From positions 23,622,001 to 23,686,000 of the forward strand of contig OZ287761.1 in the NCBI GenBank assembly GCA_965649765.1: a stretch of 64,000 nt of DNA. Direction: 5' to 3'. The DNA comes from Bispira polyomma. Lineage: Eukaryota. Of the stretch, positions 24,372 to 38,314 are shown piece after piece. The notes below the pieces were generated by a model. It did not search any database. It was not told the origin of the DNA and was given only the letters and a program-made list of their open reading frames with translations. The translations under genes were made by a program, and so were the position numbers. Each line of letters starts with the position of its first letter. Position 1 is the stretch's first letter.

Positions 24372-27300
24372 AGCTACAAATGAGTGCGTTGGTGGTGGGA
24401 GGCAATTTAGTGTGAGTGATTGTGTGTAAAATTAACACCTCCCCCTCCGTCCCCCAGCCTATTATTTCACACATACAAATGGATAAGCTTTGTGTATGAA
24501 AATGGATCTAAATGTGGTTCTTTTCAAAATACAGATTAATAGTTAATTATTTATACAAGAACAGCTGACTACTTGTTTTCCAAGCGTTGACATCTAAATG
24601 TTCAGAGAAGCAAGCATATAGAAAAAAAATTACAGTCAATTCTTTGTATTGCAACCTTTTCAAGAATTCATAGCAGACATGCAGAGCAGTGCTGTCCAGA
24701 TAATTTTTTTGAACCTTAAAAAACAACAAACTATACAGTGCCTCCAATATTGGCCTAGGGATGATCAGAAGGTCCCCCAGTTTGACTTCCGGCTATTGTT
24801 GCCACTGGGTTCCATTGGTGGGATAATACCCTGGGGGGGTAAGATGTGTTAACACGCCATTTGCACAAAAACTACTACAAGCCAAAGGTTTTGAAACTAT
24901 TTGGGTGTGGTGGTGGATCAGATCATAAATTTGGGTTGTAACGTAGCATTCAACACATTGTATATAGGACAACGGGGCAGTTTTTTGCAGTGCTGGAAGA
25001 AACACCAGTATATATATATATACTATAGTTAGTTACAAACGATTCTACACTGTGAAACAAGCAAGATTCGAACCGTGACCCTTAGAGGTGGTAGGAAGCA
25101 AGTGTCTTATAGCACTGTGCTACCGAGGCTGCCCCCTGTGCTGTGGTGGGGGTAGGTAGGGGGTTGGGAGGGGGATGGGGGGGAGGGGGGGATGTTGGGG
25201 ACGGTTGAGAGCATTGGTTGGCTGCTCTTAACTTATAACTGTACCATAAGCAAGAAGTTCTGTTTCATACTTTTGTTTATTGTTATGGTGTAAGATAGTG
25301 ACATGGTTTGTTGAAGTTAACAAAAAAGTATTAGTCTATGTGTATTGGAAATATTATTTTGGGATGTAATGGTTTATATATAGCTATGCACCAAAACTTT
25401 ATAATATTGTATGTTGTTAAGTATTATATCCATGTATGTGTCAAAATTTGCTGAATTCTTGATGTATTTAAGACATTTATTTAGAAGCACAAAAGGATGT
25501 AAAAATGTATTCACAGGTAGAGGTGATATATTTAGAGCTTTTTGGAGTGAAATAATAAGATTATTTGTTATTTGATAAAACAGTCACTTAGTTTAAGGTG
25601 TGAAAGTGTTAAAAAAAATTGTATCGTTATTATTATTAATGTATGTACAAGATATGTCAATGAAAAAACATTCTGAAGTTGTTTTGTATGTGTGTGGTTG
25701 GTTGGTTGGGTGAAGTAGTGGCAGTTAACTCGTGCCAAGTATTGACTGTTATATAACATAGTTTGGGTTGGCTTTGTGTGAAGTGCACACATTTTTGCTC
25801 TATTCTCAGATTTTATAAGCATCTATTGCCAAAAGAGAGATTAAAAACGCAAGTTCTCGAATCGGGTATTCACAATATAGCAGATAGTAATTAGTGTGGC
25901 AACCTTAAAACAAGTATTAAATAAATAAAGAAAACCAAATCAATCGTGAACCTATTGAAATTAGCTATGAGTTTCAAGAAAATATTCATCCACAGCTACA
26001 GTCTTATAAGCTATATAAATGTAATGTTTAAACTAAAAAATATGTGACTGCCAATTTAGGCCAAAATGGCCGGTCATTAATGGCTAAAATCAGAACTTGT
26101 ACATTACCCCTTGCTATTCTGGATTCTGGAAAATTTCAATTGAAAGCAGATTATGTGTATTTTGCAATAGAAACTCATTTGAAAATGAAAAACACTTCAT
26201 TTGTGTTGTGTTGCATTATATAGAGATTTAAGATAATTACTATATCAATAATTCAATATAAATTTACGAATATGTGTTACTGATTTATTTACAACTATAA
26301 TGTCAACAACAAAAGTCTATTGTTTAGCATCCTACATACAAAAAGCATGGTGTCAAAGAAGAAAGTTATTTTACAAGTTAGATCATCCTATTATGTTCTC
26401 TTATCTCTTTTACCATACATTCTACCTAAATTCTCCTTTAAAATGTCACAATTTTATACAATGTGTCCATAGTGTCTTATAAGCCAATATTCAACTGGGT
26501 TTGTTGTAATATATGTAAATCTTTTTTTTTTGTATATGTATCAAACATGACACTAGAATAAAATATATTCTATTCAACTGTTACAATTGTTTTTTTAGTC
26601 AGATGTTGTAAAGATATACAAAGCTACTCTGGTACAGTTATTTGTGTAAAATCCATGTCAGAGGGTTGCAATCTTATGACTATTCTTACAGCCTCAAACC
26701 TCATAAAGTTCCTATATTTTCCTGTAATTTTGAAGCCTTCCTATATATTGCTTATATTTTTTCCTGAAATGACTTTGTGCTTTTTCTCAAAAAGACGGTA
26801 TTTGGGTTCATATATATAGAATTCCAGATTGTTTTCAAATTGCCCTTCCTCAAAATCACTCTCGCACACAGAAAAGCAAGAAATTTAATATAAACACTTT
26901 CACATCTGGTAACATTGCAGAAAATGATAATATAGCATTTCTGTTTACTGCTGAACACTGGTTGAACAGAAATATAAGTATACATCAAGGCTATGATACC
27001 TTGGAAGAATCTTTTCTGGTACGTGTCGACAATCCTGACTTGATTGTGTTGAATTCACATCTTTTCCCTGCAATAATTGATAATGTTTTGTGATGAGATA
27101 TGGCCAAAGGCAAAATGGTTCTTATCAAGACTCTCTGCCACCTCATAAACTTCCTACAACTTAGGATAGCAGAGACTAGCAATCAACAAATTTATCTCAA
27201 TATCGGAGGACATAATTTTTTTTCCCATCTGCCTGACTGATTCTACACCAAATTTCCTGACTGAGATTTCTGGATGAAAATGAGCTCTGACTTTAATATG

Positions 27301-28184
27301 ACACATTTCACTATCACCACTATCAGGCTCAAGTGACTATAGTTTGCCAGTGTAACATTTCCTGCAACTCAGACCTTAAAATATATTTCACTTGTTAGTA
27401 ACACTGATGATAGTTGCATCCACTTCATGAGATTGTTCTGTGATCAGCAAATTTCCCCTGAACATATTGAGAGCTAAAGGATTGGCAAGAATGTGTCTTC
27501 TCTTTGCTCTTATTAACCACATTATGAATAACAATTTTCCATCTTCCCTACAATCATTGGCCTTTGTCACGGGCGTATTTTCTGCTTCAGCAGTGACTTC
27601 AGTGTTAAATTTCCTCATCATAGTCAAGTTCTAAGGGAGGTACCAGGAATCCATGTCTGTAACTATACACACATTTACGAGTTTTTCATCATAAATATTA
27701 ATATTTCTCAATAATATATCTGTTGAAAAATATTCTTATTTCAATTAATAAACTTTTCTTGAAATCACTGTGTCAAACATACACCATTATAACAGTTAAA
27801 ATATTTAGAACTAATTGCAGAGTTTGTTCATTCAACATATCTGCCAACAAATTCAAGGTACCAAAATATAGCACAATTAATATAAATAAACCCGCTATAA
27901 GCAAGCACACATAATATAGCATAAATAAGATTATAACTAACATATTTAAACACATTGCAAACAAACAAAATATGACACCAATAAGGTCATTAATAAGTAA
28001 TACCCCTTAGTCTATTAAATATTACTTATATTTGTACAATGTCTATTCAACATATCTGTAACCAAAACAAAACAGAAGGTCAAAAGTTGCAACAAAAATA
28101 ATATAAACCATATTCTATTATTTCCAAGTAATTCTGTTACTATGACACACCTGAAATATTAGTCAAACAATAAAGTAAATTAAC

Positions 28185-28640
28185 TATGGATAACAATTCA
28201 CACACCACTTCCTTAGCAATTGCCTCTGCATAGGGTAAGCTTGGACCCATTGTATGAATTGATCTTTTATCATAAGAACATACTGGTTTCCGGTGTTACT
28301 CTTAGTGAATTTGCCAAGAATATGCATGTGTATGCGTTCCATGGAAGATCCTGAGTCAAACCTTTACTTCTGGCACAAACTCCACAAACATTTACATGCT
28401 GTTGGATATCTTTTGACATGCCATACCATATGAAAAACTTCCCTACTTTTTTTATTTGTAATCCAACATGGCCTGATCACTTGCTGTCGTGGCATTCTCG
28501 CAGAACTTCTAACTTCATATCCTGAGGTACAATGAGTAACAATTTCTCTTCTAATCTGTTAAACCATTTGCACTACAAAACACCATTTGAATGCAAGCTG
28601 TGGCTTGTTCAACCACAAATGTTTTACAGCTGGACTATGC
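28185..28640 (-). mobile_element. Ty3/gypsy integrase relic (HHCC zinc domain and start of rve core)
   Basis: Minus strand: LLLIVPQDMKLEVLRECHDSK*SGHVG...FIWYGMSKDIQQHVNVCGVCARSK...MERIHMHILG...GNQYVLMIKDQFIQWVQAYP; contains stops and frameshifts. Confidence 0.85.
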
Positions 28641-29420
28641 TATCTACTTTTTCAATATCCAACCACCCCAGTTTATCCATTTACATATTTGTTAGTACAA
28701 TTGGATGGCAAGCCTTAGCCGCTTCTCACAAAAAAACTTTTGCGTCTTCCATAAGCCTTCCCATGTACTTCAACATTTCCCCTTTAACTTTATTACTTTT
28801 TTCATCTTGGATAATTCGTGTGAATCCACACATCCACTGTACTAAAGTAAGATCGTCATAGCTAGGCCTAGATTTGTCACCTCCGAATAAAACATGGTTC
28901 TGAGGCCAATCGACAAGTTCTTTTCCAAGGACTTCGGAGCCAATCCCTCGCTGGGATTTTATTGAGGTTTTTCAATTCTGTGAGCCTTTGCTCCACCTGT
29001 GTTTGTATTTCAATGTTATGTTTATGGAAATTGACACCAGGAACAATACTACTATCATCGCGACCCTCATGGCCTTTTTCAAGGTTTACAGAACTAATGA
29101 CAGTATTAGAAACATTGCTACCAGCCTGATCACTTGAGTTGTTTCCCACCAAAGCTGCCTCCGTAGCCAGTACCCACTTGTCCATCTTCTCCATCATCTG
29201 GTTCATTGACTCCATTTGTGACAAGATAGCTTTGTACCAAAGCTGCTTGCCTACCATCAGTCGTGGAGTCTTGTGGGGTACTGGTTCTCCACCGGTAATG
29301 GGTTCGTCCACAACTTCATTTAGAATGGCCGTACAATTTCTGCCCGTTGCTAGCCATTGATGCTGTTTTAAACATCTGGTACAATTTACCACTTTTTTAC
29401 CACCAACATTTCGCGGCATG
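28640..29420 (-). mobile_element. DIRS/Ngaro-type (tyrosine-recombinase retrotransposon) gag-like ORF relic
   Basis: N-terminal CxxCxxxH..TG..C; IQTQVEQRLTEL; frameshift, then VDWPQNHVLFGGDKSRPSYDDLTLVQWMCGF...LMEDA..*EAAKACH. Family assignment is from recalled motif resemblance. Confidence 0.65.
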
Positions 29421-31099
29421 ACTGCAGAGTTAAGTTGTTTAAAAGACGAAAATATAAAATCAGAAAACACATAAAATCGCAGTTATGTCGCATACACGTT
29501 TTTGAAAGCTCCTTATTCTGTAAACCCCCGACACAAATGGCCGGAGAATTTGGAGGGAAAGACACTTTTATGGTTTCCCTAAGCCCTTCCCACATGAATT
29601 TAGTCTGGTACCCCAACACTGCAAAATTCAAATGCTGTACAGTATGTGGGATGTGGTTGTGAACCATTTAGATCCAGGACAGATTGAAGAGATGCTTGGG
29701 CGTTTTCCTTACACTACGCAGTATATGCTTTACAGTTATAAACACCTTTGTAATTGATTGATTGGGGGTTTAACGTTGCTTTCAACACATTGCATAGGTC
29801 ATATCTTCGACGGGGGGGGGGGGGGGGGGGGGGGGGGCAGTTTTACAGCTGAAGGAAAAGCAGTGCATGTACTAGTTGGTCAAGATTTCTACACTGTAGA
29901 CCTCCAAACTTTGGGAAGGAACTGCCAACTCTCCCATATAATGCCGCGGCTGAGACTAGCGAACCTCAAATGTGGGAGGCGAGCCCCCTGATATATGTAA
30001 ATGAAATATATAAATGATTTTCACATAGCAAGTTCCATTGTCCCCTCCCTCTTTACACAGCTAAAAAGGTAGTGGCCTTCTAGTAGGCTTGAACGGAAAG
30101 AGTTTTTGTCCTAACTTTCAGTTAAGTAACACTTGGCTGGAGCCTTACGCTCAGGTTTGGTCATCGAGAAAAACTATAATAAAAAAATGTAGGGCTACCG
30201 GAAGGGTATGTGCCGATGGATTTGTGCAGTTACCATCGAAAACTACAGCACATGTAGTGTCTTAACAACGTTTACGTCCCACGTTCAGCGATTTTAATTG
30301 AGATCTAAGAATGTTGGACTGGGCCACATACTACTCTACCCCCGCTGAGTGGTTGGTCAATCACAGCAGGGGGGGGGGGGGGGGGTGTTACATTTGCCAG
30401 TTTTAAACGACCAGAAATTATCTTTTAAATCTGTGCAGTCTTGATTACGATCTAGTTCCTTTGGGTTTGTTAGTTTTTCTAGTTCATGTGCTAATGGTCA
30501 AGTTCATTGGCTGTTCTGGGTGTATATTTGTTTTTATATTTGAGTGTATGCAACTTTTTTGTCACTTTCCCTCTATTTTTCCAATGAATTGTGGGGGTAA
30601 TCCATTCGACCTGACACCACTACCTTTTCTTATTCTGTAAAAGGTACCGCAATCTTATAAATTATATGTAATGCCTTCATTGATTGGCTGGAAGCAATCG
30701 ACCGGCCACAAACTGTGTGGGTGTGAGATTAATATTTGGTAAAGTAAAACAGTGAGCAGCCTGTTGGTACCATTTCTTCTGTTTCATTACAAGCGTGGAA
30801 AATAAGTGACTTGGTAGAATTTTGACTTATTTCATATGCTACACTGGAATATAGTGGCTATATCAACGTTAGTGTATTTTGCACTGTGCACCAATGTCTT
30901 TTTTGAAAGATGACTCTTGTTTAGGTTTTAGCTAAGATTGCATTTATTCTTATATCTAATATTGGGTTAGTAGTGAGTCTCTTCGTAGATCAAATGATGG
31001 GTCAACTTTTCGCCAGAATGTGATTCCTAAGTGACTATTTTCGGTAACTCTGGTACAAAAATCACCAAAAACTCAGGTCTACCTTGTCATCATCCTCCG

Positions 31100-31570
31100 G
31101 AGCCTTACCACACCCACCCACTATTCGCAACACTTTTACCCGACTATGTCCGAGGCAGAGGTCCCAAACCTTATTCAATCCTCCCCAAATAAGTCCTGCG
31201 ATCTAAATCCAATTCCAACATCTTTTGTAAGGGAATGTATTGACGTCCTTATCACACTTATTACCAGTTTTATCATTTTTTTGTTCCAAGAAGGATCTTT
31301 CCATCTTGATTTAAAACCGCCTATGTTTCAGAGACATCCTGAAAAACTACAGACCTGTATCTAATTTCAGTTTTGTCTCCAAACTTATTGAGAAAGCAGT
31401 GGCAAAACAACTAAATGACTATATGACCTATGAAGGCACCACACAGACACATCAGTCAGCATAAGATGCTTTTATTCGACAAAAACCGCCCCGTTAAAAC
31501 TTCAAAATGGTGTATCTGCCTCTGTTGACAATAGCACTCACAATGTTGGACCTGTCCGCTGCCTAGGCTA
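31100..31570 (+). mobile_element. LINE (L2/CR1-group) reverse transcriptase fragment
   Basis: SSPNKSCDLNPIPTSFVRECIDVL...NFSFVSKLIEKAVAKQL...HQSA; decayed. Confidence 0.85.
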
Positions 31571-32129
31571 TGGGAGACCATGTGATCGGAAGTGAAATGA
31601 GTGTGAACCTGGTGACCTGTGCTTCACTTTCTTCCTTCACCATGACTTCCTTGGCGAAGTATATGTAGATAGATTGTATAATCTTTTACAGGTTTTGGGT
31701 GGCAATATTTAGACTGGTGGTGAGTGGCGCGCATTGGCCTAATGGTTAGAAGCGTTTGTTCATAATCACTGGTCTCCTACCAATGTGTTGGTTTGAATCC
31801 TCTTCGATTCCTCATGTGTGGTTTACAAAGTGTCATTAGCACTGGTTTGTTCCACCATTAAATATGGCCATCGTGCATATGACCTATGCTGCTGAAAGCG
31901 ACGTATAACCCAACTGAATTCCAATCCGACAGACTGATAGTTGTTTGTGTAATGGGTAAACTGCATGCACCTCCACAGGAATAATCCCTTTACAATATAC
32001 TCTCAGGTAGTATTTGGCACTCCTTGTTTGAGTCCTGGAAAAAAAACAAGGACACAGTCTTTAGGGGAATAAACATGAAAGGTATTGGAATTGGAAGAAT
32101 ACGCAATCCAAAATTTGGCATTAACTAAT

Positions 32130-32520
32130 TGTTGTCATATGATCTATCTAATCGAAGCATTTCAGTAATGGTGCTTACTCTACGTATTAGCATATTCTAA
32201 GGCACACCAATTAAAATTATTGTTAAGTAGTCATGTTGTGTTGGATAGAAAAAAAGGGTCGTTACCAGAGAGGGAGTCGGTGATGGTAAGACTGAGCCAG
32301 GTCGGATATGCTTTACTGATAATAAGGGGTGAGATATGGCCTGAGGTGTTTTTGGGAGGCCTGTATTCAGAGACTTTTAGTTGCAGTGTGGCACTTTTGG
32401 ACATATATGTACATCGAAATTTACCAGGATGCTACTTAGCAATGGGTTAAATTAGTCACTGCGACTGCTCCTCACAAGTGCATTAGCCAACAACACGGCG
32501 GTATCCGGTGACAAATAGCG
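32130..32520 (-). mobile_element. LINE RT C-terminal fragment
   Basis: Homologous to 35840-36270 and 46040-46550 (WLP...FK.ATL....GLP.YL). Confidence 0.7.
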
Positions 32521-32844
32521 TCTCACTTGTATGAGGTCCATCAATGAATTTTTATTTCTACCAGTGTTGTACTAGTGGACATTTTTCTTAAAATTTATGT
32601 CCCAACTATTTAAGATTGCCTGCTGTGTTAGCCTTATAGTGTTCAGAGAGCAAAAGTTAACACTAATTAGCTCCTTACGAAGACCAAAATAACATTAAAC
32701 CTTTTTCGGGCAAAAATCATAGACCAAAATCTTTAGACTATTTAGACTAAGATTAAGACTGTAGGGTATTTTTTGGCGAATACTTACGACGACCCCAGAT
32801 CCCGGGGAGATAAAATTTGGATCCAGTGGGAACCATGTCACAAT

Positions 32845-33130
32845 ACTAGTGGTCTCTGTGGCCTAATGAAAAAAGTGTCGGACTTTGATACTCGCTGCAG
32901 GCCAGGAGATTATACACCCTTGGGTAAAGTACTTCACACAAAGTGGTCCCTCTGCACCTGGCCGCTAATGGGTTTTATAGTCTTTGTGCGCCTATGTGGC
33001 AGCACGGCTAGTATATGCTTCCTGAAGAAACTGAGACTGAACAATTGGTTGACAAGTGGAAGAACCCAGGCTGGGAGTATAAACTAGGTACAGTGCCCTT
33101 GAAAAAAGGGTTGTATAAGTGTTACATTAT
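32845..33130 (+). mobile_element. tRNA-derived SINE (family B)
   Basis: gtggtctctgtggcctaatg head; body shared with 39697-40460. Confidence 0.7.
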
Positions 33131-33859
33131 TATTACATTATCATAACAAAACCATGGCTAAAGAGGTAAGCAAACTCTTGTTAATTAGTATTATTATATA
33201 TTAGTATAGCAATTCCTACACACCTACACTTATATAGAGCCTTACATGTAAGGCTAAACAGTTGGTGTAATTTATACCAAAACAAAAAAGTGAAACTAGC
33301 CTGGCCAAATACTAGGGCAAAGTACACAATAACAGCAATAAAACTATCACGGCCCGTTCACAATTTGACGGTATGCTAGGAGGTACCATAATGTATTGTA
33401 GCCTGTCTTTATCGGCTCATCCATCTAGGGTGAATATATACCCCCTGAAACTTGTCCAAATAATTTTCACACAGACGCAAAGAGACCATGATTATTGGCA
33501 CTGCAGACGAGTTTCTGCATAGTAATACGGAAAATAGTCGGGGACACCATCGGAACAACAGGCATACTATAGGATGGAGAAAGTTACAGTAGCGATACGG
33601 AAAATAGTCGGAGAAATGGTAAGATTCACACGATTACTACAGGACGGAAAGAGTTACAGTAGTGATATGGAAAATAGTCGGAAACAGGCAAGAAGGATTT
33701 CTCTGCCTTTTTTCTGGTTGATTCGGAAGTGTGTCTCCAACCCCAAAAATTACTTCCACTTCAAACAATGGACATCGTGTAGAAGAGTTCAAAAACAGAA
33801 ACCAAAGTTAAAGAATAGTTATAGATAGGGCCACCCCCCCGCCACCCATCGAAACATTT

Positions 33860-34440
33860 GTAGAACGCCAAATTGATGAGAACATCCTCTAAAGCGCTGA
33901 TATCCAAAAAGAAAGAGTCCAGGTGCAAGCAAAATGTTGTTACAAGAAAGCATCCACCAACAGAAGGGTGACTAAGGAAGGCTAAGTAGACCAGCCTTGA
34001 AAGGCAAGTTTTCAGGTTTTTCTGGATTCCAAAACAAGTGATTTTTTCCTGTGATCTGACAGTGTGTGGGACTTTGTTTCATGCAACAGGAGCCACAACG
34101 GCAAAGCAGCCAGTGGAGTTTGTTTAGGTATAGTGACACATGGCTGAATTTGGCAAGCTTATACACAATACGGCAGAGAGCATTTTAGACTCTTTAGAGC
34201 CTTTTTATATTGACCTAATTAATACCGTACATAAAAAAATTGCAATAGTCTAGCCGACTGCTCACCAATGTGTTTGCCACCTGGACCACAGTTTCAAGAC
34301 TGAGATGCCAGTTTATTCTGCATAGATCATGTAGATGTTAGTGGCAGGTCCGGCAGACACTGGCTACATGACTACTGTACGAGTCGTCTTGGTTGAAGAT
34401 AACACCAAGGTTCTTTACTTTACTTAATGGTGACATATTG
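33860..34440 (-). mobile_element. LINE RT C-terminus and 3' end
   Basis: Minus-strand NLGV.F...SRLDYCN...LHWL motifs; 3' end shared with 1600-1870. Confidence 0.75.
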
Positions 34441-35839
34441 TTGTTAAGGAGACTGATCGACTTATCGGGAAGAATACTGTGTTGATAAAAATATATTTAC
34501 CAGGTGAGAGTATAATACAAATCCATCTCCCCGTCCATCTATCTTTCTACCGTCATGGTGTGAACCCCACATTACTACTACTAAAACCACATGATCTGAA
34601 GTTGCCGGACGGACACATGCCGTTTATCATGTGTGAGACGTGGTAGGTGTAGATGGAGGCTCGACTGAGATCTGGTTGTTTTCTCGGCTACTGCTTGGTA
34701 ATTCTTGTTGGTGATTTTTTATCAGTGGCGTTTTGTTTCGTCTTTTATGTGTGTGTGAAGTTGTTGTTTGTATATTTTAATATTAAGATAACAATATTTT
34801 TTCCCGGAAAGGAAGGGGGGGGGGGAGAGGGGAGGTGGAGATGTATATTAATCTGCACTGACTTTCACTCATTTTAGCCCGAATTCAAGGCGCTTGTTTT
34901 GTTTTATTCAGGAGGGAAAAATAAAGTCTGGTGTTGTTTTTTACAACTTGTCCCAAAATATTTGTATGTATATATTTATATACATAGCGTATGTGTGGTG
35001 ACAGAAATTCCAAACTGACAAGATGTAACATTCTGTCGAGATAAACTCAAATTAAAATTCCCGTCGACAGAATTTTTAAAAGCTTGTATCCATATATATT
35101 TGACAGAATATTCAGAAATACTAAATCTTCTGTAACACTAGGTACATTGTCTTTTATTATGGATTGGTAAATCTCAAAGAATATTGCTATTTACTAAATC
35201 TGAAGGTATCACTTTGTATGCACTAAATAATGGTAGCATAATGTTTTAAGTGAATAATTTTTTCTAGATTCTTCCAAAAATAATTTTAGCCAAAAAAGGT
35301 AAAATATACATTTAATTCAGCATAATGCACTCTACATATAGATTCTATGTAAAAGTAAAACTGCTTGTTTTAATTATTTAATTCTTGAGCCCTGGGAAGG
35401 TCCACATGTTCACACAATAAAAGGAAACTAGGACACGAACACTGTGGTCTGATAATCCCTATAGTGTGCTATAATAGTACTTCTTTGTCTAGATTTAGGA
35501 AAATATGTCCAGACTCTCGCTATTTTGTGTGGCAATATATACCACCCCTGGGGCCGTGTTCACAAAATGTCTAAGTCCTAACTAGGTCCTAATCTTAACG
35601 TATTTATGTCTAAAATAGTTAAGTCTGCCTACTGTTCGGCTTGGCTATAACAGGGAAGTTATTATAACACTCAAAGCAAAGATGTATTCTTACTGTCACT
35701 AGGACTGAGACCCAAAAAGTTCATTTTCAAGCCAAATTCAAAGACCAAAATCTTATGGCTTAATTAAGACTAAGTTCAGACTTACCCCCTTTTTTTGTGA
35801 ATACCAGCCTTGTATTATAGACATTCCTTTAACGTTAAC

Positions 35840-36270
35840 CCTTTAAGACTGTGTCAGGGGGGACTGGAGCTTTTTGATACAGATATAAGGGTTTTGAGCT
35901 TGCTTCTAAAAGGTAAAAGAGAAGGTGAGCATCTAATATCTTAGTAGTAGTGGTAGGCCATTTCATAACTTGGGGTGCAGAGTATGAGAAACTACGATTG
36001 AAATGGACCTTTGATCTCTGTTTGGTGCTATCAAAGGTAGGAACATGGATAAATAATTTGTTAGGATTACCATAATGGGTATTGACTTGCTGAGAGTAAG
36101 GGGTGAGATATGAGCTGAGGTATTTTGGGAGGCCTGTATAAAGAGATCTGTAGACTAGTGTGGCAGTTTTGTACATACATCAAAATTTAACAGGAAGCCA
36201 GGGTAATATTTTAGAACAGGAGATACTATAGGGAATACTTTGAGGTATGAGTGATCATACGAGCTAGAGT
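35840..36270 (-). mobile_element. LINE RT C-terminal fragment
   Basis: YKTATLVYRSLYTGLPKYLSSYL...RSFSYSAP. Confidence 0.8.
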
Positions 36271-36934
36271 ACGCCTTATGGGAAAGGCTAACAGCCCCTA
36301 TCTATATATACTGACTTCATGATGATAGCATTTTTTTTTTTTTTTGTACACAAAGTGTGAATATTTTTATGGGAACAGTTGGTTGGAAGAGGATATGTAT
36401 GTATTGGTGTGTGTGTGTGTGTGTGAATTGTGTATCGGCAGTGTTTATAACAAATAAGGATACCCAAACAGGGATGTTATCTATACCGATAAATAAGTAG
36501 CTAGTACTGATATAGTATACTTATTATTATTATTAAAAGTTCGTCCTTATTATATTCATGTGTATTTCCGGTGGGGGGAATACTCGTTTGGCAGAAAACT
36601 GTTGAGGATATATATAACTATGAACTTGTCAACAAACATCAACACAAAATTGGATATCATATATGCGTATGTGTTATATTTAATATATTGTATAAAGGTT
36701 TTGGATACTCGTTTGTCAGTAAACTGTCGAGACAGAGCTATAAACTTGTCAAAAAAAACACAAAAAAAAACAAACAGTTATTTGTCACATAATAATAGAG
36801 TTGGATCATATGTGTGTTATATTTATATGTATAACTTGTTTTTTTAGGAGGAGTATACACGTTTAAAAGGAGAGTATAATTTGTGTATGCAGCATTTACG
36901 AAAAGGTCTTGGTTTTCACTTAGTCTAATGCTTA

Positions 36935-37900
36935 GGTCCCACCGGCCGTCATGCTAGATGTTTGTGTAAAGATTAAGGTTTGCGTGGGTTTTGCGAGGTG
37001 TTTGCGTGCTTTGACGCGTTTTGTAGGGCTGTACATAACCTGGCGTGGGAGAAGGTACACAAGAAAATTCAATAAATTTTAAAACTGTTCCAAATTTGGT
37101 CACGTAAACGATGTAACGTGGTTCATTTGTGTGGTCCCACCGGCCATCACGCTAGGAGTAGTTTGTAAATTAATTTGCGTAGGTTTTTGCATTGTATTTG
37201 CGGGAGCTGACGTATCAAGCTGTACATAAACATACATAACCTGGTGTGAGAGATGAGATGCAAGAAATTTATAATTTCATACCGTTTGAAATTTGGACAC
37301 GCAAGAGCTGCAAAATTTGACGTACTTAAACGTGAATTTTAGCGTGAGCATTGCGACAGTTTGTGTAGTGTAACGGCCATGTGCGTCATAATGCATCAAT
37401 GACATGGATTGAAGTAGTCAAACATACTTAAACGTCTCAAATGTGGCCTTCAACATGTATTGACATACTCATACATGTCATACGGGGGTTCAAATACGTA
37501 CTTGGACGTAAACTTATGCATCACCTGCGAGACTTTACAGCGTTTGACCTACAAATTACATGAATTTTAACGTCTGTTGTCCCCTTCAACGTTGGGAAAA
37601 TCACTAATTTCATGTTTTGCATGAAGTATTGCATCAAATATTTTACAAGGCCATGCGTGACTTACGTATCCTAACGTAAAAAAAATCCGGTGGGACCGGC
37701 CTATTACAACGCACTGTCACACACAGTTATGTGTAAATAAGTTAGACTATGCCACCTCTTGCAAATACATTAAACCATGCAACATTCTAACATTTTTTTT
37801 TTACGTTAAAAAAAAACACCATTTGCACTGTTGCATCACATATCTTACAGGGCTATACATGACATACGTATCCTAACGTGAATCCGGTGGAAGCGGGACT
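36935..37900. mobile_element. MITE-like element with duplicated ends
   Basis: ggtcccaccggcc at 36935 and 37133; ccggtgggacc at ~37688 and a variant at ~37884. Confidence 0.55.
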
Positions 37901-38073
37901 TTAAGCTTTGTTGAGCTTTCAAAATTTTGGATCTTTTGTCCCAGTGAAGAATCAAAAAAGATCTTTGCCAAATGATAATTAAGCTTGTTCTTCGGTACGA
38001 GTTTCACCTGTCCCTCTTCACCCGTACCCATGTCCGTAGAAATCAAGTAAGCATCCAGTTGTCTTTAGAATAT

Positions 38074-38314
38074 GGGGACGCGGTGGCCTAGTGGTTAGCA
38101 AGCCTTGCGCTTCGCAATCACTGGTCTCTCACCTCTGGGCGGCGTGAGTTGGAATCCCGCCAATGCCCATGTGGGAAAGGTGGTAGTTCCTTGCGGGTTT
38201 CAGTGCAGAACCTTGACCAACTGTATGCAGTGTTTCCTCCAGCGTTTCCAACTACCTGTCCCAATATAACCTAAACAGGTACTAGAGTGGACGTTAAATA
38301 TTCCAATTCAAATT
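38074..38314 (+). mobile_element. tRNA-derived SINE (family A)
   Basis: Highly similar to the 3446 and 53468 copies. Confidence 0.88.
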
